Notes: generated from the letters alone by a model not told the origin. Positions 24,879-37,440 are shown, numbered from the stretch's first letter. The stretch: DNA of 64,000 nucleotides from Felis catus (GCF_018350175.1 NC_058368.1:58282001-58346000), one strand, 5' to 3'. Numbers and translations are program-made.

Positions 24879-25368
24879 TGGAATAATCAAATTTGATGGA
24901 ACAAAAAATTAAATGCACTGAATCATTATGCTTAATTCAATATATTTGTGGCTTGAAAACATTTTTAAATATTGCAAATATAGTATATTTGAAGATAGTA
25001 GGTCTAGTGTCTCTATATAATTACTATTATGAGAACAAATTTTTATGAAATATCACCTTTGGATGATATAATTTCTGTGGGATTATATATAGTTTTTCTC
25101 TAGGCCAAACATTTATTTTTTCTGTATGCAGAATTATATGGAATTTTGTCAGTTTTATGACCATGTTCTCTCATTTACGGGTAAGAAATGAGCAAATGGA
25201 GATTATGTGATTTCTTTCTTCTCAGAAAATAGTTGAATCAAGTTAATTTAATATCACTTTCAATGATTTTTTTGCTTAAATAAAGATTTTCTTCTTAAAA
25301 TAGTCATCCACTATGTAGTGACAACATGATTTTAGATAATATTTTTAACTACAATTTAAAATAATTAT

Positions 25369-25590
25369 GGGGCGCCTGGGTGGCTCAGTCGGTTGAGCGT
25401 CCAACTTCGGCTCAGGTCATGATCTCGCGGTCTGTGGGTTCAAGGCCTGTGTCGGGCTCTGGGCTGATGGCTCAGAGCCTGGAGCCTGCTTCCGATTCTG
25501 TGTCTCCCTCTCTCTCTGCCCCTCCCCCGTTCATGCTTTGTCTCTCTCTGTCTCAAAAATAAATAAATGTTAAAAAAAATAAAAAAATAA
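25369..25590 (+). mobile_element. Young felid SINE
   Basis: Canonical body; TSD TAAAATAATTAT. Confidence 0.97.
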
Positions 25591-26224
25591 TAAAATAATT
25601 ATATATTATCCTGTAATCTACCATAAACCCATAATAGTATTGTTGGCTTTCTGATTGCAGTGGATTCTTTTGAATAGAAACTTTTGTTCACAGATGTTTT
25701 CGTACATTCCTGTCCATTTAGTAGCCAATTTTTAATTAAAATATGTACTCTTACTTTTGTATTTATGTTTGGTAACTGCTTTTGAACATCTGTAAAATAT
25801 TAAATAGTCTTAATTAACTTTGATGTATTTTATAAACAACTTTGCACATAAGGTTATAGAGCATTTTAAAAATTTTAGAGAGTGCTACTGATTGTACATA
25901 AACTATAAGGAATATTTGGGAGAAATCAGACCTATTTGTTCTCAGTTGAGCTTTGTTCCTATACAGTGTTTCATTAAACACTAACAGCAGTAACTCTGTG
26001 AGGTAGATAGGATTAACTCAATTTTCAAGTGATAACTGAAACTCAAAGAGGAAAATCAGGTCTTTTTAAAAAATTTTTCTCCAGAAAATCTTTAATGAAG
26101 TCTTTTTTCACACCTAAGGATATTATTAACAAAACAAAATAGGAATGAGTTATTAACCGGCCCTAATAACTTGAAAATGATGAAGATATTGAAGATTCAT
26201 TCCACAACATTATCAACTTGCCTT

Positions 26225-26322
26225 ATTTATTTATTCATTTATTTTTGTTGTTCCAAGTTTTTATTTAAATTCCAGTTAGTTAATATATAATGTAATATTA
26301 GATTCAGGAATAGAATTTGAGT
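26225..26322 (-). mobile_element. Very short carnivore L1 3' end
   Basis: CAAGTTTTTATTTAAATTCCAGTTAGTTAATATATAATGTAATATTAGATTCAGGAATAGAATTT resembles the L1 terminus at 46801. Confidence 0.7.
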
Positions 26323-27102
26323 AAGGTCACGTCTTAAGTTACAGAATCTATCTTGTATCAGAAACAGAGATCTATCGACATTTCTGGCCTTCACTTTGCA
26401 TACACAGTGATACCTGTTGAACAACATTTTCATGACCTCATGTCTTAACTTGTACTGAAACAACAAAATATTTTTTACAAGAAACACAGTGTAAATTCAA
26501 ATGACCATAACTTTTACACTGTCCAATAAGTCAGTAGTTTGCAACATTTTCAAATATGGGAACTCATCGTGGCATGGAAAAGACACATCTCTTGTTAGAG
26601 GAAAAATGAACTTGCAAAAATATATTTGTATTTAGTTACATTTAAAATATATTTGTGTTTTATGAATTCATCAAAAGTATTTGTACCAAAGGAGAGTAAT
26701 AAAATAATCTATCATTCAACATATTTGAGTATTTATATCATGATAGAAAATGAGAATACAATAGTAAACACATCCAAGTCATGGCCTTTTATTGAAGCAC
26801 ATACACATACGCACAAATTCACAAAACTAAATTCACCTAGTAGAGTGTGGTGTGAATTTCACCAGGGTAATGGTCATTATTATAATTACATATTTTAGCA
26901 CAATGCATTTTTTTAGATTAAAGAAATGTTAGGTCACATTGAAATAAAACAGTGATTCATGTATTTGTATTCAGATTAGTATGCTGAAAATTCTCCTAAT
27001 TTACTTTCTCACTCTGTCATGAAGTAGAATGTCCAACCAGACATTGCTCATAATTTTGCATATGGGTATTGTGATGGTCCATATTACTCAATATTTTACA
27101 GC

Positions 27103-27274
27103 TTGTAGGATGGCCTCCAGTGATTCCTCTCCTGGTATTCAGGCAGTTGGATTATCCCCTCCCCTTGAATGTGTTCTGGACCTGGTGACCCACTTCTCCA
27201 GCTGACACCTTAATTGCAGCCTTGTGAGTTACTCTGTGCAAGACAACCAAACCAAGTACAATCAGATTCCTCAC
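27103..27274 (+). mobile_element. MaLR LTR fragment (MLT1E/F-like)
   Basis: GATGGCCTCCAGTGATTCC..CCTGGTATTCA..ATCCCCTCCCCTTGAATGTG..CTGGACCTGGTGAC; CAGCTGACACCTTAATTGCAGCCTTGTGAG. Confidence 0.65.
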
Positions 27275-28340
27275 TTAAAAAACCAACAATATCAATTGCT
27301 GGTGAGGATGCAGGTCAGTAGGACCTCTCCTTCATTGATGGAGGGAAAGCACAACATACAGCCAGTATAGAAGATAGTTTAGGATTTTTTATGTAATTAA
27401 TCATTATGATATCTTATGATCCAACAATTGTCTCTCTAACTCAACTGATTTGAAACCTTTTGTACACTCACACAATTAAAACTGCACATGAACTTTTATA
27501 GTAGTTTTATGTTTTGCTATTCATTTATGAATGTTCATAATTACAAAATATGGAAGTAACTGAGATAAATGGATAAACTAACTGAAGTATACATATGAAA
27601 GAGAATATTACTCAGCAATTATAAGTGAGCTATCAAACAATGCAAACATATGGATAAATGTTGAATAAAATATTGCTAAAGTAAAAGAATCTATTGTGAA
27701 AAGCTATATAATAAATCATTCTAATTATATAATTTTGGGAAAATACAAAGGAAAGAGACTATAAAACAATCAGAGGGTGCCAGAAAGTAAAGTTGAATGT
27801 GTGACACATAGGGCTATGTTAAAGGTAGTGAAACTATTCTGTATGATACTGTAACCGTGGAAACATAACTATGCATTTGACAAAACCCATAGAATTTTAC
27901 AGCATAAAAAATTAAGTTTTATGAATATCATTGTTTTTACTAAGTAAAAATTGAAGATCCCAGGGTTGAATGCAGGATATGACAAAACAACAAAACTCAT
28001 TGAAAAGGATATGGGAAAATATGCTCATCTAAGTGACTTCTGAAATAAGCAAACACTAAATGGGAAAGAAACTGTTAAAAAGCACTTTACTGTAGTTGGT
28101 AAAGTTATTTCCCACACAGGGTGTTGGGTTAACAATTCTGATACTGCTATACATAGATATTAGAATTGAACGCTTAAGTAATGAATGGTGGAAAGCATGT
28201 TTCTTAGTGAAAAGGTGGGAAGTTACAGACAAGTAAGAGGATAAAGCTACAATGATCCATGTGATAATGGATTAGAACTAGAGATATCAAAAAAAACTAA
28301 TATGTAATGTAATATAATTATAGATAGTAGCATGTAGAAG
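27275..28340 (+). mobile_element. Old L1 (L1MC-like) ORF2 end and 3' UTR
   Basis: TGCTGGTGAGGATGCAGG..CTCTCCTTCATTGATGG; GTGAAACTATTCTGTATGATACTGTAA..CATTTGACAAAACCCATAGAA. Confidence 0.8.
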
Positions 28341-29445
28341 TATACTCTCCCATCTATAATAGTGGATTTGTCTATTTCTCTTTGAAGTTATAACAGTTAT
28401 AGCTTCATGCATTTATATATGAATTTTATTCTTTTAGGATTGTTGTTAGGTCTTCTTGGAGAATTGGATCCTTTATCATTATGTAATCTTCCATTACATG
28501 ATACATATTTCTGTGTCTCTCAATTTTAACATATCTGTGTTTTTATATATAAAGTATGTTCATTATACACAATATAGAATTACATTCTTGTGTTTTATCC
28601 ACCTTGACAGTCTTTGTTTTTTAACTGGTACATTTGGATCATTCACATGAAAATTGTTTATTGATAGTTGTGAATTAATATCTACCATGTTTGTTTCTGT
28701 TTTATGTTTATTGCATTGGTTCTTTGATTTCTTTTTATTCATCATTTCTGTCTTCTCTTCTTTTAATTCAACATTTTATATGATTCCGTTTTAAGTCCAG
28801 GCTGCTCGTGAGCCAATAAAAAGCCATCTTTATTTCTCCTATATTGCTTTTGATATTTGGCATTTTATACTGATTCTTTCTTACGGTTTATCTTTTTGCT
28901 TACACTACCCATCAGTTCTTGTATATCATCTACTTTTTATATTCAAGCACTTAACATATTATTTTAAATTCCTTTCCTAATAAGACAATAACTGTGTAAT
29001 ATATGACTCTGGTTCTGATACCTGCTTTCTCTTCAAACTTTGTTTACACTTGAATTTGGATCTTCCTTGGATCCCCACCCTGAGAACCTGGTTGGGTTCT
29101 GGAAGAAAAATTTTAGAAAGTGTAGAAGCCTCCCTTATGCTGTGGTCCCCTATAATTTCTCACTCTCAGATTAGTCCACGATGAGCATGTACCATTTCAA
29201 TAATATTATCATATCAGTGTTATTACCAATTAATGTCTCCAGCTGCTTCTGCTCCAAGTAAGCAGATCTTGGCTTTGACTCATTAGAATTCTGTCTGTTA
29301 AGCATTTGAGATTTACCTGTAACCTCAGTTCTCTGATATGCACAAGAAAGATTGTCCATTTTTAGTTCAGCTTTTCCTTGGTGTAAGGATGGAAATGGTG
29401 ACTTCCAAGCTCTTTTAATGTTGGAACTGAAAGCAGAAGTCATAA
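28340..29445 (-). mobile_element. Old L1 5' portion: 5' UTR remnant and ORF2 endonuclease N-terminus, heavily deleted
   Basis: ORF 28563-28745 (LSINNFHVNDPNVPVKKQRLSRWIK) resembles the L1 EN start (ITLNVNGLN.PIKR.RL..WIK); GACTTCTGCTTTCAG start on minus strand resembles an L1M 5' end. Confidence 0.75.
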
Positions 29446-29512
29446 GTCTATTTTCTTATATTTTTAAATAAAAATTTAGATAATAAAAAAACAATAAAAA
29501 TATACTGAATCA

Positions 29513-29695
29513 GGGGCACCTGGTTGGCTTGAGCATCCAACTCTTGATTTCAGCTCAGGTCATGATCTCACAGTCGTGAGATCAAGCCCTGCGTTGGGCT
29601 CTGCACTGAGCCTAGAGCCTGCTTGGGATTCTGTCTCTTCCTCTGTCTCTGCCCCACCCCTTAAAATAAATAAATAAACAGTAAAAAACTACACT
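29513..29695 (+). mobile_element. Carnivore SINE (short older type)
   Basis: GGGGCACCTGGTTGGCT...; TSD AATA(T/C)ACTGAATC. Confidence 0.93.
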
Positions 29696-29797
29696 AATAC
29701 ACTGAATCTAGTTACTTTCAGACACTATCACATTATTCCAGAGTGATTATCAAACATAAGATATTTCATGTTCTCCTTTTTTGATAATATGTCTAAA

Positions 29798-29909
29798 ATA
29801 TATACATATATGTGTATGTGTGTATATATATGTCAATATATATGTCAATATATATGTGTGTGTATATATATGTATGTATATATATATACACACATATATA
29901 TATATATAT

Positions 29910-29954
<45 letters not shown>

Positions 29955-29966
29955 CACATATATGTA
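29798..29966. repeat. Compound (TA)n/(TG)n/(CA)n microsatellite, quasi-palindromic
   Basis: Read directly from sequence; long pure TA run at about 29913-29952. Confidence 0.97.
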
Positions 29967-30835
29967 AAAAGGCTTGGAAAATTGAACTCCTGGAATTGTG
30001 ATGACAGAAATTTGGAGTATAAAACAGAAACTTCATCTCAGTACATGAAAACTATAAGGAAGCAAGTGTTATTTTAACACTAAAGAATAGGTATGTTCTA
30101 GCCACAAATACAGGTTTCTTTCCATCTATCCGTCAACAAATATGTATTCCTTTTCACAATAACTCACTTAATTAATGTTTTGAAGGATACTTTTCTGTAG
30201 ATTTTATTTTAATTTCAGTAATCCTAACTGTACGTTTTGTAAAATGAACTAGGTGACTCTTCTGGTCAGTGTGAGTCATATAGTTTTTAGATAATTGTCA
30301 CAATATCATAAGTTAAATAAGTCAAGAATTATCTCTTGACTTAGCATATATATTGAGAAAACCCATCAGGCAGCCAAACCTTTAAAATATATTCTACTTC
30401 CTGACTCCTGGACTCCAACAAAGAGACTATCTCTTTTTGTAGGATATTATATGTTAAGTATTAAGAATATTAGAATATATATAAATGGAATATATATATA
30501 ATCTCCAATGTTCCTTCTACATTATGTAATATTATGTTTCCTGTTATAGGTGTTGGCTTGCCATAGGTGCTAACATCCTGTGCAGGACAGTATGTAAGGT
30601 TGGGAAAGAATTCAACTATCTCCTGGGAAAAATAAATTCATATAGCATGATTTTACAACCTGGTAAATATTTAGCTAATATCCACAGTGGTAACATTTGT
30701 AGAAGATGAATTGACCTGTCAACTAATAAAGTTAGTTTCCCTGGATAACTGTGTAGATATGGAGAAGGAAGCTGGACATTTTTGTTTTGAGCTGTAACAG
30801 TGTGAAAGTAGTTCGGATGACATTACCCTGAATAT

Positions 30836-30987
30836 GACAGAATATAAGACAGAAAAAGGGGGACAGAGGATCCCAGCAGGCTCTGTGCTGACAGCAGCTA
30901 GCCTGATGTGGGACTCAAACTCACGAATTGCAAGATCACGACATGAGCTGAAGTCACAGGCTCAACTGACTGAGCTACCCTGGTGCC
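30836..30987 (-). mobile_element. SINE lacking its A tail
   Basis: Reverse SINE head and body; 18-bp TSD TGACAT(T/A)ACCCTGAATAT at 30818-30835 and 30988-31005. Confidence 0.92.
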
Positions 30988-31623
30988 TGACATAACCCTG
31001 AATATTTTGCTCCAGTTTCACTGATAATTGAAACCTCATGTAAAACTGGTCTTCAGATAATCATTAAAATTGCTTTGAGCTTATTAATTTCTACTATATA
31101 AAGAGATAAATGCAAAGAATGAAGATTCCAAACTTCCACCATATATGTACTTGTTTATTTTCACTGTTTCTGTATTACTATCATTAGCAAGCTTGTGTAT
31201 GCACTAAACTTGGATGATTACATTTTACAAACGAAAAAGCTATGTGTTTCAGGCTGAAGTACTTGGGGAAAGATATAATAGCTACCTTAAAACCAAAATC
31301 AACAAGTACAGCCTACACTGTGGTTGTATTTGAGTATAAAATGATAAAAATACCCAGTGGGTTTTAACATCCCAATCATATGCAATTTTCTTAGATGATC
31401 AGATGAGACAGTTGGTTTCTCAGAAAACTATTTATCCAAACTGATGGTAGATATTGCTGGAAAAAATATTGTATTTAAGACTATCCTATTTGTGGAGAAA
31501 TCTAGCTTCTTAACACATTTTACATTTTTCTAGATGATATTTTTGCAAATAGCTTCGGAAGTTTAGTGAAAAACTGACACTGAGTTGTACTCTAATAAAA
31601 TTATGTGTTTTAAAATCTGTTTC

Positions 31624-31735
31624 GATGGGTATTGATGAGGGCACCTTTTGGGATGAGCACTGGGTGTTGTATGGAAACCAATTTGACAATAAATTTCATA
31701 TATAAAATTAAAAAAAATTTAATAAAAAAAATAAA
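31624..31735 (+). mobile_element. Young felid L1, extreme 5' truncation (about 80 bp plus A tail)
   Basis: GATGGGTATTGATGAGGGCACCTTTTGGGATGAGCACTGGGTGTTGTATGGAAACCAATTTGACAATAAATTTCAT; perfect 13-bp TSD TAAAATCTGTTTC. Confidence 0.93.
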
Positions 31736-31912
31736 TAAAATCTGTTTCTTTTTTAGATAAAGAATACAATGTCATGATGGCCATTTTAATCTACATGACA
31801 TGTTTTCATGTTCTCCACCAAAAAACGGTCTAAAATCAGATAATAACTTTGACTTGAGCTGGCTTATAATAAGTGACAAAACTAAAGATATATATTAAAA
31901 GAGAGAGAACAA

Positions 31913-32070
31913 GGGGCGCCTGGGTGGCTCAGTTGATTGTGCATCCAACTCCTGATTTCAGTTCAGGTCATGCTCATGGAGCCTGCTTGGGATTCTCTGT
32001 CTCTGTATGCCCCTCTCTCCTGCTCACACACTCTCTCTCTCAAAAAGTTAAAATATATAAATAAATAAAA
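31913..32070 (+). mobile_element. SINE with internal deletion; tail runs into (TA)n
   Basis: CAGGTCATGCT joined directly to CATGGAGCCTGCTTGGGATTC; central B-box region missing. Confidence 0.9.
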
Positions 32071-32080
32071 TATATAATAA

Positions 32081-32111
<31 letters not shown>

Positions 32112-32174
32112 AACAAGGACAAAGTGTGTAAAGAGATTTTAAATGTGTCAATATTTTGCAAATATGCATTTAAA

Positions 32175-32362
32175 ATTTTTTGTTCTGAGAGAGCAAGGAC
32201 AAGTCCTGGGGAGGGGCAGAGGGAAGGGGAGAGAAATAATCTTAAGTTCTCTCCACACCCAGGACGGAGCTGATGCAGAACTCTATCCGAAGACCCTGAG
32301 ATCATGACCTGAGCTAAAATCAAGAGTTGGACGCTCAACCAACTGAGCCACCCAGGCACCTC
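32175..32362 (-). mobile_element. Older carnivore SINE
   Basis: GAGATCATGACCTGAGCTAAAATCAAGAGTTGGACGCTCAACCAACTGAGCCACCCAGGCACC. Confidence 0.93.
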
Positions 32363-33175
32363 AAAAATCTTTATTATTCAAATACCAGTATACAATTCTC
32401 AGTGACACAGTCTAATATATGGGTTTTTTTCCATAACTCGGATTTTAACTTGCATTTAATTTCAGGAATGTTTCAGTTAGGCACAGCTCCTCTTTAGGAA
32501 ATTGCTTTGTGAGATACCCTTCAGATATCATGATCATCATCTAATGGTTCCTGTATTAATACCACCACTCCCTCTCCTACTCCCATGGGTTAGGTACTTC
32601 TTATTAGTTTCATTCATATTTTTACCATTTTAGGAAATAGTTGAGTGTTTACAAATGTGTTTGGTGTGGGGCAAGGAAAAGTTGTATAACTTGTTGCATC
32701 TTCCCCTATAGAGTCTGGTGTAGTGGTGTGATAATGTCTGTACATTTCTACAGTAAATGAAAGTAACCATACTTAGAATTTAAAAACTGAAATACCATGG
32801 ACTTAGGAGGATGGGTCACTTCTTGTTAGCACATACAACATACCCCTCATAGTAATTATAACCTAGTAAGGTAGAGAGAGATTGATTGAGGTAGAAGGCA
32901 GAACACCAAGAGCACATTCCATAATATAAGAAGATGATGTAGTCAGAATTTCTAGATGATATTTTTGTCAAATTAAAAGGTGATAGAGACAGTCTTTGTA
33001 GATACTTCAAACTTTAAAAAATTGTCACTTAAAAATTTACATTTTCAGTTCAGATTTCAAATAAAAGGTATAAACATTAACTTAGATTTAAAAGATGCTT
33101 AATTTTAATGACATTATATACCAGTTTATATAGGATAAATTAGGGGCTGGAAAACAAACTTAAAATTTACTGCAT

Positions 33176-33229
33176 CTTTTTTTGTTGTTCATTTTTATTT
33201 ATTTTGAGAGAGACAGAGAGAAAGAGACA

Positions 33230-33275
<46 letters not shown>

Positions 33276-33438
33276 AAGTGGGGGAGGGGCAGAGAGAGAG
33301 GGAGACAGAATCCCAAGCAGGTCCACACTGTCAGCTCAGAGCCCATGTGGGGCTCTAACTCACGAACCACTGTGAGATCACAACCTGGACCAAAGTCGAG
33401 ATTCTGACACTTAAATGACTGAGCCACCCAGATGCCCC
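33176..33438 (-). mobile_element. Felid SINE
   Basis: Reverse SINE with long (GA)n; TSD TACTGCAT. Confidence 0.95.
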
Positions 33439-33901
33439 TACTGCATTATTACCTACAGATATTTTAAAATACGCTAAAAGAAAAAATGGAATACCATATG
33501 TAAATGGCTTGCATTGATAAAAATAAAGGTTTTATGGAATCTAATTTAAGTAAGAAATAATGTATGGATTTTAAATATATACTTGTCAAAGTGTAGTATA
33601 AGGAAAGAAAACAATAAGTAGGCCTTAATTCAGTGGCTCTAGACTGTGTTTTTTTAAAATATGTATTTGAGCATTCCTTACTATAAACTGACAAGATTAC
33701 CTATGAAGTTTATAATGACTAAAAATTGGAGATAAAACCAGCTTTTTTCCTTTACATTTTCCCTTTTAATGTTATGGATTACTAGGTATTATAAACATAT
33801 ATTTTTGCACTTATTCCTCCAAATCCTATCATCACATATATACACTTGAGTAATTTCATACAACTTGTCAGTTTATGAATTACCTAGAGAACTATTAATG
33901 C

Positions 33902-33915
33902 TGCACACGCGCAGG

Positions 33916-33949
<34 letters not shown>
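33902..33949. repeat. (CG)n-(CA)n alternating purine/pyrimidine tract
   Basis: GCACACGCGCAGGCGCGCGCGCACACAC... Confidence 0.95.
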
Positions 33950-34099
33950 AAGACAAATAGAGATGCAATGATTCAAGCAAGGTAAAAATGTATCTCTGTC
34001 TCCCATAGCAGTTCAAAGGTAATTGGCTATCAGAGGTAGAACCAATGTGCTTTTATCATACATGGTTTCTATTTCTGGAACCAACGTAGCTATTTCTTT

Positions 34100-34345
34100 T
34101 CCTTGACATTGGGAAGAAGGCAAGGCTGTGTAATGCTCAACTTCCGTTTTCAGGCTATGCACCAGAAGAGGCTTACATTATCTCTTCTTGCATCTCATTG
34201 GGCAGAAGTTAGTCACACCATGGAACAAATCAGCTGGAAGGTATAACATCAAATCAGTAGTAGATGTATCCATTTAAAACTTGGCTATATTAAGTGTAAA
34301 TAAAGGAAGCTTGAATATTGGTGAGCATCTAACTGACTTACCAAA
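34100..34345 (-). mobile_element. Ancient MaLR LTR fragment (MLT1J/K-like)
   Basis: CATCTCATTGGGCAGAAGTTAGTCACA, TGAATATTGGTGAGCATCT. Confidence 0.5.
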
Positions 34346-34454
34346 GTATAAGCTGAGAGAAAAAAAATCAGATCTGTGTGATTCAAAACATTATTTATAT
34401 AACCTCTGTACTATATGAACTTCACTTAACTTCTTTGTCCTTCTTTCATATCTG

Positions 34455-34631
34455 ATTCAATTGGTCCTACTATCATTTATCATAGATTATTTAATATTAA
34501 TTTTCTACAGACTATTTCTCTCCCCTCTAGTGTTTAATTTTTTAGTGCAGGTTAGTGTTTTATACATATTTCACCTTTCCTGAACCTGTGGAAGATAGGT
34601 GCCTAAGTAAACTGTGTTGATAGAATGAATA
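34455..34631 (+). mobile_element. L2 3' end relic
   Basis: TCTCTCCCCTCTAG..; ATAGGTGCCTAAGTAAACTGTGTTGATAGAATGAAT terminus. Confidence 0.6.
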
Positions 34632-35068
34632 CTCCTTTGCTGCAGCGATTACATTGTTTAGTTTTTGTTGTTATTGTTCCCTGGTAATAGGAACAGGTTA
34701 TAAAAATAGCTATTCATGCTTATAACATTTTAAACTCATGTTGTACATTCTATCATATAAAAAAAAACGTTTTGGCAAATTTTCATGCAACGTGTATGTT
34801 ACCCATTTTTAAAATAATTATTTGGAGAATTGTTACTGTTATGATGCAAATTGTTTGCATGGTTGTTGATTTTAATATCCTATCTCTGCCTAATATTTTA
34901 TTAGAAGTTAGTTTGATATTTCAGAACTTTTTGTGGATTATATGTCTATCTGATGGCAATATTTTTTTTCTTTTGTTTCCTGTTTCCTTTAGTTTCTTCA
35001 CTTTCCAATGAATAAAACATTTTTCTAGATGGTTTATTTTCTGGCTGAATTATTTTTTGATGCTGTGT

Positions 35069-35260
35069 AGTCATGGTTCCTAACACTGGCTACATAGAAG
35101 TTTCACTTGGAAACTTCTGTTACTTGTTTATTTAAAAAAGACTTCTGTTTATCGCCCCTGAGGATTGAGATTTCATATTTTGAGGATAAAAATGAGCTAC
35201 ACGATTTTTTAAGAAGCCTCAATGTTGATCTTAATTTAGAACCAGAGTTAAAAACAACTT
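35069..35260. mobile_element. MER5-like hAT MITE relic
   Basis: CATGGTTCCTAACACTGGCTACATAGAA..CACTTGG start; CCAGAGTTAAAAACAACT end. Confidence 0.55.
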
Positions 35261-35634
35261 CTTAAATATGAGGCATGAAGAGATAGTGGTTACTAACTTA
35301 GATTCTAAAATCAGATAACAGCAAAAAGTTCCAGTTACATAACTCATTCACTATGGCTATAGAGGCAGCCATTTAACCTAAAAGAATGCACAAAGTCGTT
35401 ACTGCAACACTAGATACATAGTAAGCAAATGATAAATTTTATCTGCATTATTATTATTATTTACTAGAAATATTTCAAGAGTTTTTCATGGTACACTACT
35501 CTTTCTTTAATCTATCCCTATTTGCATTATCCCACTTTTGAAAATTGTTATTAATTTTTAATCTATCTCAATTTTTGCTATTAAAATAATATCCAGTTAT
35601 GAAAAAAATGGCAAATTTGTAGAGTCTCTATTTC

Positions 35635-36415
35635 AGTAATTTATTCAAAATGTTTCCTTTTATGTGTTAGGCACTCTATCCAGGCTTACATCCAATAGCA
35701 AAACAACAAATAAATATTGGCCCTCATGTAACCTACACATAACTGGGTGGAGAATGAAGACAATCCAAATAAGTAAGTTTTGATGTCAATAGTTACGTGG
35801 AAAGGAGAGACAGGATATTAGTGTAATTTGCACCCCCCAGAGGACCTCACTATGAAGACGGCAGTTGAACAAAGATGTGGAGTCATCTCAGTGAAAATAT
35901 ACAGTTATGAAACATATAGATATCTAGTGGTATGTAGTGAGACATATGTATATCTGGGAAATAGTATTTAGGGTGAAGAACTCAGCTTTCACAGACTTTA
36001 AGGCAAGAAAACGACTGGTATGGGAGAAAAAGGCTAATATGAAGTATAATGCAAGAAGGGGAAGGTTAGAGGAGGTAGGGTCAACATAAAATCAGGGAAG
36101 ACTTTTGTAGATGATTATAAAAACTTTGCATTTTAATGTCTAAAAAATTTTGAGTAGAGGATTTATATAGAAGGATCAACTAGGCTTTTCTCTTGTGAGT
36201 AGACTGGAAAATGGCAAGAGTGGAAACAGGGAGACCTCTCAGGAAACTACAACAGTGCAGGTGAGAATTAACTGTAGCTTTGACCGAGGTGATAGTAAAG
36301 GAAGTGAAAAGAATTAGTCCATTTATAAAACATTCCAAAGGTAGATTACATGTTGTGTTGATGAATTAGATGTTCAAACTTACAGTGAGAGCGAGGGAAG
36401 TCAAGAGTATCTGGA
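35635..36415 (-). mobile_element. L2 relic
   Basis: TATGTGTTAGGCACT, GCCCTCATG, GGCAAGAGTGGAAACAGGGAGACC..AGGAAACTAC..CAGGTGAGA, GAGGGAAGTCAAGA. Confidence 0.8.
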
Positions 36416-36711
36416 GAGTTACAGTGCTATTCTCAAATAGGGAATTGTTTGATTCCCAGATGAGAAACACTTAGCATAATTAAGTTTGTGTTGATACAGC
36501 ATTGGAAAATATTCAGTGTGTTCATTCAAACTAATGGATGAAATACATAGCAAAATAGTTTATATGCTATCATGTGTTCATTGGTTCATCATTAGATTTT
36601 GAAGTTCATAAAGTAAAAAAGGCATTAGATTTTCATTAAAGTGGATTAGAACTCTCTAGGTAGCCTCAATTTCCATGACATTAAATGACATCTATATGTT
36701 TCCATCACCCA

Positions 36712-36834
36712 AATATATATATACACATATATACATATACACACATATATACACATATATATGTATAAATGTATTTATGTATATATATGTATTTATGTAT
36801 ATGTATTTATGTATATGTATTGATTCATATATGT
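36712..36834. repeat. Compound TA/CA/TG low-complexity repeat
   Basis: ATATATACACATAT... then ATGTATTTATGTAT units. Confidence 0.9.
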
Positions 36835-36849
36835 AGCTTTCTACAGTTT

Positions 36850-37440
36850 GCAAATTGGGGAATCATCATTGATTCCTCTATTTTTTCATACAAATATAAG
36901 GGCTATCGAGAAGTCATGTAAGCCTTACCTTCAAAATGTCTTCTCCATATTTATTTCCATCTTCTTGACCCAATATTTTATTGTGTCTTATGCATAAGAG
37001 TGTAAATGTTTCTGTTGAAGACTCCCTAGGATCATTCCTCCTTCACAGCAACCAGAGTGATGTTGTGAAAAATGTAAATAAAATCATGTCCCTTATTAAA
37101 ACTTGTACAACTTTCTTTCTACATGAATAAAATCCAAATACTTCATCATAAACGACAAAGCACTGCACAACTTCCCATCGTCTCCAAACAAAAAATGATC
37201 CTACCTTCACTCTTACTTCTCAAGTATTTTAGTGTTTTTTTCAGTTTTCTATGTTAGCATAGAAAGGTCTTCCTGCTTTAGTGAGTTTTCATGTGATTTT
37301 CATTAGGCTGAGGCTTTTCTGCAATGTCTTTTAAATAGGTATATGTATATTTTTTTTAATCTTTAGGCAAAATTAAAAGCTTACTTCTTCATAGACACCT
37401 TAAATGACCAAATTATCTGAATAATAACCCACTTCTCCTC
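36850..37440 (+). mobile_element. L2 relic
   Basis: ATCATTGATTCCTCT, TACCTTCAAAAT, CACAGCAACCAGAGTGAT..AAATGTAAAT..ATCATGTC, GAATAAAATCCAAA. Confidence 0.72.

Noticed and set aside
24404..25590. Local CpG enrichment suggesting a CpG island or promoter
   Set aside because: CpGs are confined to young SINE bodies
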